Notes: a model not told the origin generated them from the sequence alone. Positions 9,412 through 19,733 are shown, counted from the stretch's first letter. The stretch is 50,737 nt of DNA from Candidatus Peregrinibacteria bacterium (GCA_016196295.1 JACPYA010000041.1:1-50737); one strand, 5' to 3'. A program made the numbers and translations.

Positions 9412-9477
9412 ATGGCTACGAAGAAGAAGAGAAAGTCGAAGAAGAGGAAATCGACGAAGAAGAAAAGGCGCCGCTAG
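9412..9477 (+). CDS. 21-aa Lys/Arg-rich peptide MATKKKRKSKKRKSTKKKRRR
   Basis: Below the ORF-track cutoff; preceded by a pyrimidine-rich leader like other genes here and followed by a hairpin plus T tract (9498-9543). Confidence 0.6.
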   Translation: MATKKKRKSKKRKSTKKKRRR

Positions 9478-9542
9478 TCGTCGGCCTCGACTGCGAAGCA
9501 GTCTCATCCCCCCGCATGTGCGGGGCGGGCCGGGACTGTTTT

Positions 9543-11153
9543 TCAGCGCATCCCCATCCACTTCCAGGCGGTAACGGTTCCCGCCGTGAAGCCGACGATG
9601 CTCGTGATGATGAAGACGAGCATGAGGAGGTTTTGCTGCTGCGGATTCGCCGCGCCGTGATCTCCTTCCAGGAGACAGCGTTTGGAACAGCCGTCATTGG
9701 AGACTCGGTTGCCGTCATCGCACTGCTCCAGAGTCTGGCGGAAGCCATCACCGCAGTCCGGCAGGAGACAGAAGTTCGTGCATTCATCGCGATTGCTCTT
9801 GTTGCCATCGTCGCACTCCTCCTCGCTGTCCAGCGTTCCATCGCCGCAGGAATGTTTTTTGCAGGTGGAGCGACAGCGATCGGGGTCCGCATCGGAGTTC
9901 TTGTCTCCATCGTCACACTCCTCCCCGAGGTCGATGACGCGGTTGCCGCAGGTGCTCGTCTCCAGCGTACAGAAGGCGGAACAGCCGTCGCCTTTGGTCT
10001 GGTTGCCATCATCGCACTCCTCGCCCAAGTCCCGGATGCCGTTGCCGCAGATGCCGCTCTCCGTCGCGCAGAATGTGCTGCATCCGTCGCCATCATTGCG
10101 GTTCCCATCGTCGCAGATTTCTCCGGTATCCAGCGAGCCGTTGCCACAGAGGAGCGAGATGCCTGAAGATCCTTTGCAGGCATCGGAGCACTGCGACCCG
10201 CCGTCGCACTCCTCGCCCTTGTCCGTGACGCCGTCGCCGCAAATGGGGGGCGTGCAGCTGAGGCGGCACGTGTTTGGCTGCGTGTTCGAGTTGCTTGCGC
10301 CCGCATCGCAGATTTCTCCGAAAAGAGGATCCACGACGCCGTCGCCGCAGCGCGGCAACGTGCACATGGGGCGACACGCATTGGGAACGAAGGAGGAGTT
10401 GCGCTCGCCTTGGTCACAGGCCTCTCCGGCATCCAGCGTGCCGTTGCCGCACCTCGTGGGGCCGGCGGGACTCTGGGGAATGCGCAGCGTGCCTGCGGAG
10501 CCCGTGAAAGGCCGGACCGAACCGGCGGATCCGTTTCGCGCGTACTTGTCGAACATCGACTCGGTCACGGCAGGCAAATCTCCCAGACACGGCTTGCGCG
10601 CCCAGTAGCATCCGCCGACAACCGACTGATCCGCCTTGATGACGGGGTGCGTGCAGTACTCGCCACACTGCGGAATGTATGGCGTTTTTTTTACAGTTCC
10701 TGTTCCCGTTTTGGGATCGATTTGTTCTTCCATCCGGTACAGAGGCTCGCATTCCTCCCCGCCCTGTTGCCAGAGGATTCCATCGCCACATTCCGGAACC
10801 ATACAGTTGCTCATGCATCCGACCGCGCGCTTGAAGCGGTCGCCGACGACCGCATTTTTGCGTTGTCCCAGGTCGCATTCCTCGCCCTCATCGATCACCC
10901 CATTGCCGCACTTCGGCCCTGGTGGCGGAAGGACGACAGGGGGAGGGGGGGGCGGGGCAGATGTATTGAAAGCGGGCGGTTGCGTTCCACTCGGGATGTG
11001 CACGCCTCCTGAACTGGCATACCCGTAGGCGATCTTCCCGACCCGCGTGGCATCCACGGGATCGGACCACTCCGTCTCGATGAGGAAGAGGGCGAAGAAC
11101 AGAACGAATGTCGCGATCATCGCCGGGCGCGCAGGGTGTGTGTGTGCGGGCAT
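9543..11153 (-). CDS. Cysteine-rich repeat surface protein (DUF4215/Myxococcus Cys-repeat type)
   Basis: Multiple CG[ND]G....GE.CDDGN....DGCS..C repeats, N-terminal hydrophobic segment, C-terminal TM anchor. Confidence 0.88.
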   Translation of the reverse strand: MPAHTHPARPAMIATFVLFFALFLIETEWSDPVDATRVGKIAYGYASSGGVHIPSGTQPPAFNTSAPPPPPPVVLPPPGPKCGNGVIDEGEECDLGQRKNAVVGDRFKRAVGCMSNCMVPECGDGILWQQGGEECEPLYRMEEQIDPKTGTGTVKKTPYIPQCGEYCTHPVIKADQSVVGGCYWARKPCLGDLPAVTESMFDKYARNGSAGSVRPFTGSAGTLRIPQSPAGPTRCGNGTLDAGEACDQGERNSSFVPNACRPMCTLPRCGDGVVDPLFGEICDAGASNSNTQPNTCRLSCTPPICGDGVTDKGEECDGGSQCSDACKGSSGISLLCGNGSLDTGEICDDGNRNDGDGCSTFCATESGICGNGIRDLGEECDDGNQTKGDGCSAFCTLETSTCGNRVIDLGEECDDGDKNSDADPDRCRSTCKKHSCGDGTLDSEEECDDGNKSNRDECTNFCLLPDCGDGFRQTLEQCDDGNRVSNDGCSKRCLLEGDHGAANPQQQNLLMLVFIITSIVGFTAGTVTAWKWMGMR

Positions 11154-11259
11154 TTCTTCCTATTGTATCATGTTTTTGGCTTATTGTCGCGGTCGAGACA
11201 GTTGTTCGGATAGCCCAAAAGTGACATAATATTTATGGTATTTCGCTTTTTGAGCGCTT

Positions 11260-12678
11260 ATGCGACTCACAAAAATAGTATGCACGTTGGGGCCGGCAAG
11301 CCAGTCTCTGGAGGCTATTGCCGCGCTCGCGGAGGGGGGCATGAACGTTGCGCGCATCAACCTCTCGCACGGAGGCCGCGAACAGCACAAGGACTTCATC
11401 GCAAAGGTGCGCCGCGTGAGCGCGGATCGGAAGAAGAGAGGGCTCCCCGCGGTCGGCATCATGCTCGACACGAAGGGGGCGGAGATTCGCACGGGCGACA
11501 CCGATCATCCGTTTGAGATCAAGAAGGGCCAAGAAGTGGTGTTCTCGCCCGACACTGGCCCGCACGGAAAACGCACGACGATCGCCGTCAATTACTCCGG
11601 ATTCGGGAAAGACGTCCGTGAGACGGATCGCATCCTCATCGACAATGGCGAGCTCATTTTCGACATTCTCTCGATCGAGAAGAACGGCGATGTGATCGCG
11701 AAGGCACGGCAATCCGGCACGATCGGTTCTCGCAGGCACATCAATTTGCCCGGCGCGGACATCGATCTCCCCTCTCTCACGGAGCAAGATTGGAAGGACC
11801 TGGAGTTCGGCGTCGAGGAACATGCGGACTTCGTCGCGCTCTCGTTCATCCGAACGGGTGACGACATCGCGGACGTCCGCACCCTGCTTCGCAAGAAGAA
11901 GAGCGGGATGCAGATCGTCGCGAAGATCGAAACGAAGCAGGCCGTCGATCACATCGAAGAGATCATTCGCGCGTCGGACGGCGTCATGGTCGCGCGCGGC
12001 GACCTGGGAGCGGAGCTCCCCTTCGAGACCTTGCCCGTCATCCAAGACCAGATCGTTCTGCGCTGCCGTCAGGCGGGTGTGCCTGTCATCGTCGCGACGC
12101 ACATGCTCGAAAGCATGATCCATCAGCCGACGCCGACGCGCGCGGAGGTGACGGACATCGCCCATGCGGCGACGACCGGCGCCGATGCGACGATGCTCTC
12201 CGGAGAAACGGCTTCCGGCAAGCATCCTCTGCTCGCCCTGGATGCGATGGATCGGGTGCTCCGAGCGACGGAATCGCATCTCTCTCGTTTCGTCCAAGAT
12301 GATTCTTCGGGCGTGCGGACGGAGCGCGAGGCTCGTGCAGAGGCCGCTACGACACTCGCTGATTCCACGGAAGCGCACGCGCTCCTCGCGTTCACGCGCA
12401 CAGGCCAAACCGCCCGCGATCTTGCAAAATTCCGCCCGCGCATCCCCATCATCACCTTCACCGATCACCCCGAGGTCGCGCGCATGTTGCAGATCGCGTT
12501 CGGCGTGTTGCCTCTCGAAATGCCTCTGGATGAAGACCCGGAAACGACCGTCCTGAATGCCATGCAGATCTGCACGCGTGCGGGACTCCTGAAGTCCGGC
12601 GACCGGGTCGTGATCGTCTCGGACACCAAGGCTCATGAACAGCTGATTAACACCGTACAACTGCGGGTGATTCCCTGA
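11260..12678 (+). CDS. pyk: Pyruvate kinase
   Basis: TKIVCTLGPAS, DTKGAEIRT, VAKIE, MVARGDLG, ATHMLESM, MLSGETA. Confidence 0.97.
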   Translation: MRLTKIVCTLGPASQSLEAIAALAEGGMNVARINLSHGGREQHKDFIAKVRRVSADRKKRGLPAVGIMLDTKGAEIRTGDTDHPFEIKKGQEVVFSPDTGPHGKRTTIAVNYSGFGKDVRETDRILIDNGELIFDILSIEKNGDVIAKARQSGTIGSRRHINLPGADIDLPSLTEQDWKDLEFGVEEHADFVALSFIRTGDDIADVRTLLRKKKSGMQIVAKIETKQAVDHIEEIIRASDGVMVARGDLGAELPFETLPVIQDQIVLRCRQAGVPVIVATHMLESMIHQPTPTRAEVTDIAHAATTGADATMLSGETASGKHPLLALDAMDRVLRATESHLSRFVQDDSSGVRTEREARAEAATTLADSTEAHALLAFTRTGQTARDLAKFRPRIPIITFTDHPEVARMLQIAFGVLPLEMPLDEDPETTVLNAMQICTRAGLLKSGDRVVIVSDTKAHEQLINTVQLRVIP

Positions 12679-12685
12679 TCCTATA

Positions 12686-12730
12686 CGGCTTCGTCCTCCC
12701 GCATGCGCGGGACGGGACTACGCCGATATT
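12686..12730. repeat. 45-bp palindromic REP-like element; exact inverted copy at 16425-16469
   Basis: cggcttcgtcctcccgcatgcgcgggacgggactacgccgatatt. Confidence 0.85.
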
Positions 12731-12779
12731 TTCGAATAGAGGAATGAATCACTGATGATGTTATTAGCGCAAAGGCGTA

Positions 12780-13073
12780 TTACTTTCTCCGCAGCGCGAC
12801 TTCGCTCTCGCCTTCGGTGTATTTTGGGTTGCGGATCGACACCATCACTTGAATGAGGTTGTCATTTTGCAGCGTTTCCATTGCCTGCGACTCCGCGATA
12901 TGCATGTTCAAAACCTCCTGTTCGAGCAGGAGCAACGAGCGCTCGCGTTCGAGCGAACGGAGGCGGTAGCCCTTCGTGGCATTCGCATTCTCGTGGAAGA
13001 GGATCAAAAGCGCGAGGACGAGAATGAGCGAGCCGATGGAGGCCATCAGCAGCACGGTGCTCTGGTTCACCAT
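12780..13073 (-). CDS. FtsL-like bitopic coiled-coil protein (start uncertain)
   Basis: Single TM followed by leucine-rich coiled coil; directly downstream of rsmH as in dcw clusters. Confidence 0.6.
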   Translation of the reverse strand: MVNQSTVLLMASIGSLILVLALLILFHENANATKGYRLRSLERERSLLLLEQEVLNMHIAESQAMETLQNDNLIQVMVSIRNPKYTEGESEVALRRK

Positions 13074-13158
13074 TCGTCCCAAAGACGAACGGTGAGGAAT
13101 ATCCGACGATGATGAGGGGAAACCGAGCACAGAGGGCAAGTGGAAGTGTAGCAGAAGA

Positions 13159-14076
13159 TCAGGCGCGGCGCCGAAGGACGCGCAGTCGGGCACTGCGGGA
13201 GCGAGGATTCGCCTCGATCTCGACGGGGGAAGGAGTCACGGGTTTCTTCGTCAGGAGCTCAAAGGGCGACTCTCGTAGGATTCCTCCCTTCTCAGGATCC
13301 TTCTCGGGGGTGGAGAGCGAACGGAATGCCTGCTTCACCGCTCTGTCCTCGAGCGAGTGGTACGCAATGACGCCGAATCTGCCGCGCGGCTTCAGCAGCT
13401 TCGGAGCGCTGTGCAGGAGTGACTGGAGGGCACCGATTTCGTCATTCACGGCGATGCGCAGTGCTTGGAAGACTTGCGGAAGAATAGAGAGCGCTTTGTA
13501 ACCGAAGAGTTCTTCAACGCAGGACCGCACATCCGTCGTGCGCAGAGGCGACTCCTGCGTTCGCGCTTTTTTCGAGAGTGCGTGCGCCAGCTTTCCCGCT
13601 CCGCGCAATTCCCCGTAGGAGCGAAGAACCTCCGCGATCGCATCGGGAGCGGCTCTCGCGAGGAATGCTGCGGCGCTGCGTCCTTTCGACCGGTCGAATC
13701 GCAGATCCAGCGGGCCGTCTGCGCGGAAGGAAAATCCCCTCTCGGGATCGTCGAAGTGCGGCGAGCTCACGCCCAGGTCCGCGAAGATGATGTCGCAGGG
13801 CGGAAGCGCTATATCTGCGAGGGAACGAAAGTTCGCATGGTGGTACTGCGTGTGACCGGGAATTCCTTCGAGGACGTTCTTCGCGTGATCGAGATTCGCT
13901 TGGTCGGCGTCGAGGACGATCAGCCGGCCGCTTGGCCCAATCTCTTTTTTCAACGAGGCTGCATGGCCTCCCAGACCTACGGTCACGTCGAGCACGGTTT
14001 CACCCGGTTTTGGGGAAAGCAGCGCAAGCACGGGCGACTCCCCCTCGGTGCCATGAAGGACGGGCCGATGGCTCAT
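13159..14076 (-). CDS. rsmH: 16S rRNA m4C1402 methyltransferase
   Basis: D.TVGLGGH, DLGVSS, RGFSFR.DGPLDLRF, FQALRIAVNDE, YHSLEDR, NPRSRSARLR. Confidence 0.97.
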   Translation of the reverse strand: MSHRPVLHGTEGESPVLALLSPKPGETVLDVTVGLGGHAASLKKEIGPSGRLIVLDADQANLDHAKNVLEGIPGHTQYHHANFRSLADIALPPCDIIFADLGVSSPHFDDPERGFSFRADGPLDLRFDRSKGRSAAAFLARAAPDAIAEVLRSYGELRGAGKLAHALSKKARTQESPLRTTDVRSCVEELFGYKALSILPQVFQALRIAVNDEIGALQSLLHSAPKLLKPRGRFGVIAYHSLEDRAVKQAFRSLSTPEKDPEKGGILRESPFELLTKKPVTPSPVEIEANPRSRSARLRVLRRRA

Positions 14077-14209
14077 CCCTGCATTCTACGAATCGCTTTC
14101 CGCGGGGCAATGAATCGGTCTTGTCCCTCAAGGAATCCCCGTTTCTTGTATACAAAAGTTGATCGCATTACGCAGCCTCCCCACCCCGCTTCAGAGCCTC
14201 CCTGGAGCA

Positions 14210-14395
14210 ATCATTGGTATGAACCCCAGAGCAAGCTCTGGACTCCCTCTTCTGGAGCAAGCTCCGGGGAACCCGCCTGATCCGAACGATCAGATCGTTC
14301 GGGCGGGTCAAACCATCGACTTCGCTTGCAGTGCCACAACACAAAAAGCCCCTTGTCCGGCGTAGCCGAGCGGAGCGAGGCGAAGTCGGATTGAC
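14210..14395. mobile_element. ~190-bp multi-hairpin non-coding element, copy A
   Basis: Near-identical inverted copy at 29004-29210; contains paired GAGCAAGCTC hairpins and nested palindromes. Confidence 0.7.
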
Positions 14396-14426
14396 GTAAA
14401 TAATAAATAGTATAAAGTAATGCACT

Positions 14427-14972
14427 TTGGTGCTCTTCGCATCCACTGTTCTTGGCTTGCTGCTGGGATTTTCTTCCCCGATCTCGCTGCTGAATGCCGT
14501 GCCGGAAACGCGCTGGCAGCCGGAGGCGGGAGACGTCCTCCTGATCGATACGAAGGAGAACGTTGGGTACTTGGTGCACCGTGACGGGGTCTTCACGACC
14601 TTCCGTCTCGCCACGGGCCAACGCAGAGTCGTGAGCTACATCGGCCGCACGTACGACGCGACGACCCCGGAGAAATCGTGGGTAGCGCAGAGTCCGGTTG
14701 AGTTTAAAGGTGACCGCATTACCTTCGGAGCCGAGGGTCGTTTCCTGCGTCTCTGGGACGATGGGGAGCGCACGCCGTACGGCATTCATCCTCACCTCTA
14801 TAACGAGCGGATGCTCGCAAAGGATGATCGCTTCGAGAGCATGGGGTGCATCATCGTCAGCGACGCCATGATGCAGGTGATCGAAGACACATTCGCCCTC
14901 AACGGCAATCACCTCGAAGTCGTGACCTCCTTCGGTCTCGAGGGGCTTCGAAAGAGCTTGGCGCTCCAATAA
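14427..14972 (+). CDS. L,D-transpeptidase (YkuD)-like secreted protein
   Basis: Signal peptide; YGIH...SMGCI resembles the HxX14-17[S/T]HGCh catalytic motif. Confidence 0.65.
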   Translation: MVLFASTVLGLLLGFSSPISLLNAVPETRWQPEAGDVLLIDTKENVGYLVHRDGVFTTFRLATGQRRVVSYIGRTYDATTPEKSWVAQSPVEFKGDRITFGAEGRFLRLWDDGERTPYGIHPHLYNERMLAKDDRFESMGCIIVSDAMMQVIEDTFALNGNHLEVVTSFGLEGLRKSLALQ

Positions 14973-15238
14973 TCGCACCTGCAGGTAGGTTGCAATGTTC
15001 TTCGTAACATTTTTTTCAGAGCAACTTTGCCTTTTGTCGTTTTAAAATAGCGTTCTCTTCCCAGTGCATCTTCTTCTAAATGAAATGCTTCGTAAAAAAG
15101 AATTCTGAAAGGTCGCCGAGTTTTTGTGGATTCCACTTTGCCCTCTTGATGTTCCACGAGACGTTTGCGCAAGTCACGAGTGAATCCAATGTATAATTTT
15201 TCATCTCGTAGGCTCTGCAAAACATAGGTGTAATACAT
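14909..15238 (-). CDS. GIY-YIG nuclease family protein
   Basis: MYYTYVLQS...LYIGFT.DLRKRL.EH..G...STK.RRP...YEAF....A..RE.YFKT. Confidence 0.92.
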   Translation of the reverse strand: MYYTYVLQSLRDEKLYIGFTRDLRKRLVEHQEGKVESTKTRRPFRILFYEAFHLEEDALGRERYFKTTKGKVALKKMLRRTLQPTCRCDYWSAKLFRSPSRPKEVTTSR

Positions 15239-15375
15239 AGCAAGCGAGTATATCAGTGGCCATGAACCACTCGCTAGCGCTCGGATTCATTGCTCGCCAT
15301 AAACCAAGCGACCCACATTAATAGTGCGGTGTACTACCTGCCACTATTTCTCAAGCATACTGTCGCTTTGGTTTA

Positions 15376-15415
15376 TGGCGGAGAGGGAGGGTCTGCTTCG
15401 CGAGCTACGCAGACC
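15376..15415 (-). repeat. Duplicate tRNA-Ser 3' end fused to a palindrome
   Basis: tggcggagagggaggg is identical to 15459-15474, then tctgcttcgcgagctacgcagacc; the same junction recurs at 35067-35138. Confidence 0.8.
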
Positions 15416-15455
15416 ATTTTTGTCTGTTAAAACATTCTGCGAAGCTTGCGGAGTA

Positions 15456-15552
<97 letters not shown>

Positions 15553-15620
15553 GTGGCTGATCAAGTATACGGAACTCCGTGCCACATACGCTAGTCTTAA
15601 GATGCGATTGGGATGAACGC

Positions 15621-16364
15621 CTAGCCGACTTTCGAGACTGCCATCGTGTACGCGCACCACTCGCACTCCGGGTGCGCGGGCGGAGGAGACGTGCGATGCA
15701 GACAGAGATGGATCTCCTGAAGGGCCTCGTCCACCCATGCGGAAGTACCGCGGTAGGGAAGCAGTTGCACGGAAAATTCGAGCGTGCGGTCGAAGGCCTC
15801 TTTGTCTTTGGACGCATTCACGTAGACGAAGTAACCGGTATCGGAAACCTTATAGCCGTTTTTTCGCATCAACCACTGGTAGATCTCGAGTTGCCTCTTG
15901 TATGACTGGCGCCAGTCATCCTCGAGCGAGATCTCCTTCTGCGTGCTCGTCGCCTTGTAATCCACGACGATCAGCTCATCGCCTTTTGTCTTCCAGACAT
16001 CATCGATGGCACCGGTGACGACGAACCCGGTCTCCGCATGATGATGCTCGATCCCCTTGAAGTTGTCTCGCCACACTGCCAAGTCCGGATGGATGAAGGG
16101 CACCGCATCGATCCCGTAGGCCGTCATGAGCGGATGGGCCTGGCCCTTCGCTCGATGGAGATCGAATTCTTTCTTGAGGAGAGTGTCGACGGCGCTATTG
16201 AGGGTGAAGGGAGGACCGTCGGGGCGGTTGATCCCCAGACGCCGGTCGAGGTAGAAGCAGCGCGGACACTTCAGGAAGAGTTCAATCTTGCTCCGGCTCA
16301 AGCGATAGGGCTCCGCAGATTGCGGATCGTAGAGGTTGCGAGTGCGGATGCCATCTTTTTTCAT
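15621..16364 (-). CDS. PD-(D/E)XK nuclease, Cas4/AddB-like (standalone)
   Basis: LS.S......CPRCFY, GAIDD, VVDYK, QL.IY and C-terminal C..C cysteines. Confidence 0.85.
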   Translation of the reverse strand: MKKDGIRTRNLYDPQSAEPYRLSRSKIELFLKCPRCFYLDRRLGINRPDGPPFTLNSAVDTLLKKEFDLHRAKGQAHPLMTAYGIDAVPFIHPDLAVWRDNFKGIEHHHAETGFVVTGAIDDVWKTKGDELIVVDYKATSTQKEISLEDDWRQSYKRQLEIYQWLMRKNGYKVSDTGYFVYVNASKDKEAFDRTLEFSVQLLPYRGTSAWVDEALQEIHLCLHRTSPPPAHPECEWCAYTMAVSKVG

Positions 16365-16588
16365 GTCTGCATCTTATACGGCTTCGCATTATAAACACCA
16401 CGCACACTGTTGTGTCGTAACGCCAATATCGGCGTAGTCCCGTCCCGCGCATGCGGGAGGACGAAGCCGCATTACAAAGCGCGATGCCGTATCCGCCACA
16501 ACCATGTTGCGCAAAAGTACATTTCTTTGTGAAAAGACTAGTCGCTCTGATAGCATGATCGTTAATTTACCCCTCCCCCACTTCTCCT

Positions 16589-16933
16589 ATGGCAGTTACG
16601 CTCGCCTGGGTACTCGGTCTCGTCCTGACACTCGTCGGAGTGCTCGGGTTCTTCAACGATCCGGTGCTCGGTATTTTCGAGGTTGATCCGGTCCACAACG
16701 TGATCCACCTCCTCAGCGGTCTCGTCGGCCTCTTTGCCGCCAGCAAAGGCATGACCTACGCCCGCCAGTACTTGATCGTGTTCGGCTTGATCTACGCCGT
16801 CGTCACGGTCCTCGGCTTCACGATGGAGAGTCCGCTCCTCGGGCTCGTCTCGGTGAATGACTGGGACAACTACCTCCACGCGGCGATCGCGGCGGTGAGC
16901 TTGCTGGTCGGATTCAGCGGAAAGAAGTCCTAA
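16589..16933 (+). CDS. DUF4383-like membrane protein
   Basis: Four TM helices; HNVIHLLSG and DNYLH motifs. Confidence 0.8.
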   Translation: MAVTLAWVLGLVLTLVGVLGFFNDPVLGIFEVDPVHNVIHLLSGLVGLFAASKGMTYARQYLIVFGLIYAVVTVLGFTMESPLLGLVSVNDWDNYLHAAIAAVSLLVGFSGKKS

Positions 16934-16944
16934 GACGGGGATAC

Positions 16945-16976
16945 AAAAAAACCCGGTTCGCGAGAGCCGGGTTTTT
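16945..16976. terminator. Bidirectional intrinsic terminator
   Basis: aaaaaaacccgg-ttcgcgagag-ccgggttttt between convergent genes. Confidence 0.8.
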
Positions 16977-16985
16977 ACCTGTGTG

Positions 16986-17321
16986 TCACTGAGGCGCGCT
17001 GCCCTGCCATCCCACCGCGTCGAGACAGCCTTCTCTCTTGAACTGCGAGAGCGCCAGACACTGATTGTAGAGCCATTCTTCGTCTTTCGACGGATCATAG
17101 TCATCCGCAAGCTGCAGCCCGAAGGAATAGCCCTCCTCATACTGGGCGTAGGCGATATCACACTGCTCGTCGGTCTCGAACCGCTCGCAATCGAAATACT
17201 CGCCGTCCGGCACGTCCTCCCCGAGCACGACGTCGTCCAGGCGACTGTAATCGACGACGGAACCTTGGCATGCGCCGAGGATCACGGAGAGACCGCACAG
17301 TGTACAGGAGAGTTTGCGCAT
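16986..17321 (-). CDS. Hypothetical lipoprotein
   Basis: ILGAC lipobox; acidic, Cys-containing mature part. Confidence 0.55.
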   Translation of the reverse strand: MRKLSCTLCGLSVILGACQGSVVDYSRLDDVVLGEDVPDGEYFDCERFETDEQCDIAYAQYEEGYSFGLQLADDYDPSKDEEWLYNQCLALSQFKREGCLDAVGWQGSAPQ

Positions 17322-17376
17322 GGGGGGACTCTAGGAAGAAATGTCTCCGTATTCAAGCACGGTGACCTCGCTTCGT

Positions 17377-18969
17377 TCAAGGAACTATGTCCTGAATCTT
17401 CCGATCCGCCTCCCGGAGGACCTCCTCTTTCTTCTCCTGCGCTTTCTTCTTCGCTTCATCGATCCGATGTTGAATGTCACTCTGTCGTACGCTTCTCTCC
17501 GCCGCAGTCAGGATCGACCGTGCTTCCGCGATCAGTTTAGACGCGGCTTTTGAGAGGTCTTGAGACTCACCAAACAGGGAGGCATCGAGTTTGATCCTGG
17601 CTTCTGCAAGTTTGGCCTTGGCGTCATTCAGTTTCGCTTCCGCATCTGCGCTGCTGCCGACGCGTGCAAAGAGCGCCCAGGCATCATCGATTTTCTTCTG
17701 CGCGTGCTTCAGCTGCGCGGATGCCGCGCCCTGGCTGCGCTCTTTCTTGTTGCCCTCGGCTCCGAGTTTCTGTTCGATGTTCATGAAGAGCTGCGCCTCC
17801 TCGATGTTCCTCAGCGACTGCTTGCGGAGCGTATCTGCCTCGCCGCTCGAGCCCGTCCGCAGCTTGATGCGTGCTTCCGCGAGAGCGGACTCGGCCTCGA
17901 CGATCTTCGCTTCGGATTGCAGCGAGACGGATGCGCCGTTCTTCCTCGATTCGATCGATGACCGCACGGCCGCGATGCGGGAATGCGCCTCGTCGATCTT
18001 CGCCTCCGCTTTGTGGTCGGTGACGATGGCCCGCGCGATGATCGAGGACGACGCCCCTTCGTCGGCCACCGTCTCCTGTTTCAGAGCAACGGTTGCGGAG
18101 GCCTCGCCATTGGCGGCGTCCATGGCGACCGCGGCGATCGCAATACCGCCATCTGTCTCCCGCATATCGGCGACGGTCCGCACGCCCTTGAGAAGCACGG
18201 CGATTTCACGCCGTGCTCCCTGGCGAGAGTGGGCAACCTTCTGGAGGACGAAGTCATGCGCCAGGAGCGACGTGTTCAGGTGTTCATCGATCTCCGATGC
18301 AATCTCCACCTGACCGCTCTCCTGCAGCCGTTCAATCTGCCGACGGACGTTCGCCGAGTGTTTCTCCATTTGGCTCGTCAGGAACGCCGCATGTTCGGGG
18401 CTCAGACGCGTCTCGAGTGCCAGTACCTCTGCTTCTTCCAACCGCTTCTGCGCACGCGCCGACTCGACGCGCGCCTTCGCCTCTGGCGAGAACGCAAACG
18501 TCGATCGCATGGACTCATTGACGTAAATCTTCATGGGATACAGCGTGTCACCGGGCAGAGCCGACTGTGCCGCGTACGAGGCGGTTCCTCCGAGACCGAG
18601 CACGAGGATCAGCACGGAAGCCATCATGGGCATCAGGCGGACCTGTGCAAACAGATCAACAATGGACCAGGACGTCTGCCGGCTCTCCGAACCAACATAC
18701 GGATAATCCTTCATGAACTTTTGAATCGAACGAAAAACGGCCGACTTTTCTCCCGGGCTGAGGCGAACCGCATGTCGCGCTTGGCCGGCAAAGTGCTGGT
18801 CGGACTTGCTCATCTGCATGGTGTGACGGGCAGGTTCCGCGTTTCTTACAGCTCCGGCTATCCCAAGAGACAAAAGCGGAAGGAAGGCTGCAAAGAGCTG
18901 CCCGCGCTCAGCAGGACTGAGGGCCACCTCCCGCGCCATGCCGAAGAACGACTCGAGATCCCTATCCAT
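17377..18969 (-). CDS. Putative anti-sigma factor with DUF5667-like domain
   Basis: TM then ALPGD.LYP.K...E motif and long helical region; overlaps the end of the ECF sigma gene. Confidence 0.7.
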   Translation of the reverse strand: MDRDLESFFGMAREVALSPAERGQLFAAFLPLLSLGIAGAVRNAEPARHTMQMSKSDQHFAGQARHAVRLSPGEKSAVFRSIQKFMKDYPYVGSESRQTSWSIVDLFAQVRLMPMMASVLILVLGLGGTASYAAQSALPGDTLYPMKIYVNESMRSTFAFSPEAKARVESARAQKRLEEAEVLALETRLSPEHAAFLTSQMEKHSANVRRQIERLQESGQVEIASEIDEHLNTSLLAHDFVLQKVAHSRQGARREIAVLLKGVRTVADMRETDGGIAIAAVAMDAANGEASATVALKQETVADEGASSSIIARAIVTDHKAEAKIDEAHSRIAAVRSSIESRKNGASVSLQSEAKIVEAESALAEARIKLRTGSSGEADTLRKQSLRNIEEAQLFMNIEQKLGAEGNKKERSQGAASAQLKHAQKKIDDAWALFARVGSSADAEAKLNDAKAKLAEARIKLDASLFGESQDLSKAASKLIAEARSILTAAERSVRQSDIQHRIDEAKKKAQEKKEEVLREADRKIQDIVP

Positions 18970-19471
18970 TTTTCAGGTGGGTACGCAGCTGCTGGAGGCC
19001 CCGGTGGAGGCGCACGGAAATGACATTCGTGGACTCTCCCGTGAGCTCGGCGATCTCCGACGGCGAGAGGCCGTCTACGTGACGCATGATGAGGACATCG
19101 CGGTACGACTGCTCGATCTTGTGAAACGTCGAGAGCACCTTCCACTGATCGACTTTCGTTTTCATCTCCGCCGCACCGTCGAACCCCGGCTCGAACCCCG
19201 CCTCCAGGAGCGAATCGAGCGACACTTCCTTCTTCTTGCGCACCTCGTCGATCACCAAGTTGTTTGCAACCTTGTAGAGGAAGGCGCGGATATTATCGAC
19301 TTTTTCTCCTTTGCGCAGGTACTCCCACGTCTTCATGAACGTCTCCTGCATCAGCTCCTTCGCCCGATCGCGATTGAACACGCGGAAGTAGCAGTGCCGG
19401 AAGATCGCATCCGCATACTCTTCGTACGCGGCGGTGAACAGTTCCGATGGATCCTCGTTTCCAGAGACCAT
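18962..19471 (-). CDS. ECF (sigma-70 group 4) sigma factor
   Basis: A.ELMQETFMKTW, AFLYKVANN..ID, region 4 GLS..EIA......NVISVRLHRG. Confidence 0.92.
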   Translation of the reverse strand: MVSGNEDPSELFTAAYEEYADAIFRHCYFRVFNRDRAKELMQETFMKTWEYLRKGEKVDNIRAFLYKVANNLVIDEVRKKKEVSLDSLLEAGFEPGFDGAAEMKTKVDQWKVLSTFHKIEQSYRDVLIMRHVDGLSPSEIAELTGESTNVISVRLHRGLQQLRTHLKNG

Positions 19472-19592
19472 AGGGGCGAACGTGAGAAAGGGTCCGCAGA
19501 GTATCATAGGAAGCTTCTTCTCACACGGTCTCTCTTCATGAAAACGTAGATCCCGTCGAGCGGGACCCATGTCGCTCACGATGCGTGTATCA

Positions 19593-19733
19593 TCAGATAT
19601 TGGCGAATGCGAGTGCCGTGGCGAAGCCAAGAGCCAATGCGAGAACGAGCGATGAAGCGATGAGAATGCCCTGTACGGACGGTGGGATCCCCAGGTGCTC
19701 CTGCCGGTGATGGGTCAAAATGGAGGGAGCCAT
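19593..19733 (-). CDS. Small membrane protein (46 aa)
   Basis: ATG after a pyrimidine-rich leader; C-terminal hydrophobic helix. Confidence 0.35.
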   Translation of the reverse strand: MAPSILTHHRQEHLGIPPSVQGILIASSLVLALALGFATALAFANI

